From positions 198,264-262,263 of the forward strand of contig MOYE01000004.1 of assembly GCA_001899335.1 (NCBI GenBank): a stretch of DNA of 64,000 bases. The letters are read 5' to 3'. How positions within the stretch are numbered: the stretch's first letter is position 1; each line of letters begins with the position of its first letter. Origin of the DNA: Candidatus Gastranaerophilus phascolarcticola (GTDB lineage Bacteria; Cyanobacteriota; Vampirovibrionia; Gastranaerophilales; Gastranaerophilaceae). The notes below the pieces were generated by a model. It was given only the letters and a program-made list of their open reading frames with translations. It did no database searches and was not told the DNA's origin. Positions 62,016 to 64,000 of the stretch are shown here, one piece after another. A program made the translations under genes and the position numbers.

Positions 62016-62490
62016 TTGCTTAATCGAAAACGCCAACGAAAATTATGAAATAGATGTTCAGACGTGGACTGAAACCGCGAAAAAACTTTTTCAAAACCTC
62101 ATGAGTCACGAGGAAGTCGCTGCGGGCTGCGCTCTTGTCGGCAAGGATTTCGATGATGTCTATTTTGACATAACGTTTACGGACAGCACTGAAACACACG
62201 AACTTAATAAAACCTATCGTGGAAAAGATTATCCGGCGGATATCATAACTTTTGCGATTTTTGCGGATGACGAAGACAGTATGATAATTGAGCGCCGGGT
62301 TGTTTTGGGTGACATAATTATCGCGCTTGACAAAGTGGAAGAAATGGCAAAAGAAGAGGGTAAAACCTTTGAATGGGAGTTGAAGTTCCTCATCGCACAT
62401 GGAATTTTGCACCTTTTGGGTTTTGACCACCAAACGGAAGACGAATATAATTTTGTCGTGAGACATCAAATAGAGGCTATAGAAGGGTAA
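61999..62490 (+). CDS. ybeY: rRNA maturation endoribonuclease YbeY
   Basis: 163 aa with the HGILHLLGFDH zinc motif. Confidence 0.92.
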   Translation: MINKIDCLIENANENYEIDVQTWTETAKKLFQNLMSHEEVAAGCALVGKDFDDVYFDITFTDSTETHELNKTYRGKDYPADIITFAIFADDEDSMIIERRVVLGDIIIALDKVEEMAKEEGKTFEWELKFLIAHGILHLLGFDHQTEDEYNFVVRHQIEAIEG

Positions 62491-62534
62491 ATGAAAAAGA
62501 TAATGGCTACCGGTAAGGGGGAAACGTTACAGGC

Positions 62535-62915
62535 ATGACAAAATTTAAGGCACAAAGTTTCAAACAAAAAATCGAAAATGCTCGCCACGGGATTAATCTT
62601 GCGCTACGCGCCGAGAAAAATCTACGGGTTCATAGCGGGGTCGCCGGACTTGTTGTCATTGCGGGTTTAATTCTGCACGTCGGAAGTGTGAAACTTTGCA
62701 TTTTACTGTTGACAATAGCACTTGTCGTGCTTGCTGAAATGCTTAATTCTGCCCTGGAGTTTTCAATCGACGCTTTATATAAAAATAAGTATTCCCGACT
62801 TGTGAAATTTGCAAAAGACATTTCAGCAGGAGCTGTTTTATTTGTGTCTTTCATATCCGTTGTCATAGGAATACTTATCTTCGTACCTGAATTATTGAAA
62901 TTATTAGCCAACTAA
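62535..62915 (+). CDS. dgkA: diacylglycerol/undecaprenol kinase (DgkA family)
   Basis: 126 aa with three TM helices and EMLNSALEFSID. Conserved order pgpH-ybeY-dgkA. Confidence 0.85.
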   Translation: MTKFKAQSFKQKIENARHGINLALRAEKNLRVHSGVAGLVVIAGLILHVGSVKLCILLLTIALVVLAEMLNSALEFSIDALYKNKYSRLVKFAKDISAGAVLFVSFISVVIGILIFVPELLKLLAN

Positions 62916-63101
62916 AGCGTTAATTTCATCAACCATAGCGTCAGCGTCAAAACCGTGAACTTTTGCGCCTGCTTCAAGGTTTTCAAAATGTGCTGCTGCA
63001 CAACCAATACAACCTAAACCGTATTTTCTGAATACTTCTACACTTTGAGGACATTGGTTTACGATGTCCATTATGTTCATATCTTTTGAAATTTTACCCA
63101 T
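62904..63101 (-). CDS. DUF1858 / hybrid-cluster-protein-associated redox disulfide domain protein
   Basis: 65 aa. MNIMDIVNQCPQSVEVFRKYGLGCIGCAAAHFENLEAGAKVHG. Confidence 0.75.
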   Translation of the reverse strand: MGKISKDMNIMDIVNQCPQSVEVFRKYGLGCIGCAAAHFENLEAGAKVHGFDADAMVDEINALVG

Positions 63102-63171
63102 TTTTCGTACCTCCGTTCTTTGACTTTTAAGTCGTTTTCATTAAATATTATACACTAAACTTGGAGGTAGT

Positions 63172-63357
63172 ATGGAATTTTTCAAAAATCTGTTTACAAA
63201 TGATAACAGTATTATAGGTCTGTGCGGGTTTGAAGAAGATGACGATTTGAATATAATTTTTCCTGATTGTAATTACAAACCGCCCGTAAATTTGATGTAC
63301 AAAAACCACGAACATTTGAAAAATATTTTTTGTATGTCCGAGGAAATCTCGCGATAA
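63172..63357 (+). CDS. doubtful small ORF (61 aa)
   Basis: ORF only. Its last 7 codons and stop lie inside repeat copy B, so the reading frame may be fortuitous. Confidence 0.25.
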   Translation: MEFFKNLFTNDNSIIGLCGFEEDDDLNIIFPDCNYKPPVNLMYKNHEHLKNIFCMSEEISR

Positions 63358-63455
63358 GGAACGTGAGCGAGATTTCGGAGTGGCGTATGAGACAGCGCAG
63401 CCACGGGTTGGCACACGTGAGTGTGGCAAGCAGGTGGCGGAGAACTGCTTTACTG
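63336..63455 (+). repeat. GC-rich structured repeat element, copy B (candidate structured RNA or MITE/REP-like element)
   Basis: Stem 1 is GAAATCTCGC/GCGAGATTTC with a 14-nt loop. Stem 2 is CACAC-GTGA-GTGTG. The core is identical to copy A except for one base. Confidence 0.8.
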
Positions 63456-63552
63456 TAGTTAATAAAACTTAAAATTTGCACATTAAAAAGGCAATTTCTC
63501 GAAAGAAAAATTCTTTATTATAATATAGGGAATTATTTTGGGATAAGTTACT

Positions 63553-63843
63553 ATGGTCGAAAAAGCACAATTCAATCCATTTGCATATCAGACAGCGCCG
63601 TTGAATCAGGTGCAATATACTGGAACACCTCAGCCGGTTGCAGAACCTCAACCACAGGTTAAGAACTTTGGGTTTGCTGCCCGTCCGCAAAAACAAACTT
63701 ATGCTCCTCAAAGTTCTGGTGATGTTGACCATAACTTTGTGAAAAATACATTTGCTTATGTGCCGTTTACAAATTCACCTGTAAGCAATACAGATTATGA
63801 CGATAGCGATTATCGCGGACGCGGCGTTTATTGTTGTGCATAA
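63553..63843 (+). CDS. hypothetical Pro/Gln-rich small protein (96 aa)
   Basis: ORF with a low-complexity PQ-rich centre and a C-terminal ...RGRGVYCCA. No family recognised. Confidence 0.4.
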   Translation: MVEKAQFNPFAYQTAPLNQVQYTGTPQPVAEPQPQVKNFGFAARPQKQTYAPQSSGDVDHNFVKNTFAYVPFTNSPVSNTDYDDSDYRGRGVYCCA

Positions 63844-64000
63844 TCAGGCTATAAAGTCGAATTTTTGCGCGGTGTTTTCGTCTTTCACGTTCGGATGTGA
63901 AAGGTTAAACTCTTTGCCGTCAGCCGGTGCAAACGGATTGGCGGATTTTGTGCTGCTGCGTCCGTAAGTCAAAAGGCTGCCAAAAGTCTTGTCAACACGC
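63844..64000 (-). CDS. 3' end of an unidentified gene (N-terminus beyond the window)
   Basis: The reverse frame is open to the right edge: ...VDKTFGSLLTYGRSSTKSANPFAPADGKEFNLSHPNVKDENTAQKFDFIA*. The stop is at 63844-63846. Confidence 0.45.
   Translation of the reverse strand, partial: RVDKTFGSLLTYGRSSTKSANPFAPADGKEFNLSHPNVKDENTAQKFDFIA

Noticed and set aside
59880-62915. The 7TM-HD protein, a metalloprotease-like protein and a small membrane protein as a possible signalling or defence module.
   Set aside because: This is the conserved pgpH(yqfF)-ybeY-dgkA cluster known from Firmicutes and is ordinary housekeeping.
63336-63455. Assigning the structured repeat to a known riboswitch or housekeeping RNA (cobalamin, TPP or SAM riboswitch, SRP, RNase P, tmRNA, 6S, group II intron domain V).
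   Set aside because: None of the conserved cores of those families that I can recall is present. Copy A also lies antisense inside a coding region, which does not fit a cis-regulatory leader.

Overview
This is a 64-kb chromosomal window from a low-GC bacterium. Gene content suggests a diderm with some Firmicutes-like housekeeping: rny-ymdB, pgpH-ybeY-dgkA, PilT, an AsmA-like protein and SurE. I cannot assign the lineage from sequence alone. Most of the window is tightly packed housekeeping: rdgB-uppS-trxA, recF, a SWIM-SNF2 helicase, pilT, murI, an amidase, rny, gatB, radA, surE, gdhA, CoA-transferase, pyk and ybeY. Many convergent gene ends overlap. Three things stand out. (1) A decayed, very AT-rich island (about 27.6-35.1 kb) lies downstream of a stand-alone tRNA-Ala(TGC). 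It holds an orphan tRNA 3' fragment, a phage Mu-F-like fragment, other headless gene fragments, a tyrosine-integrase pseudogene and a possible R-M-type tail. The only intact cargo is a translationally coupled pair: a complete RpoD-like sigma-70-family protein with extra N- and C-terminal regions, and a 1076-aa RecQ-like SF2 helicase with large unassigned flanking domains. This pair is my best candidate for an undescribed two-gene system. (2) A minus-strand gene run (49.46 to 43.9 kb) has two AT-rich tandem DUF262-only paralogues, a small TPR protein and a 962-aa fusion of a PHP/zinc-finger module (EndoQ-like) to a full UvrD/PcrA helicase. (3) Two copies of a GC-rich structured element of about 110-120 nt (42458-42566 and 63336-63455) differ mainly by compensatory changes in two stems, one of which has a GUGA tetraloop. 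One copy is read through in frame inside a membrane-protein ORF. No rRNA genes or CRISPR arrays were seen. All calls rest on reading the sequence and ORF translations and on remembered family motifs. No searches were run.
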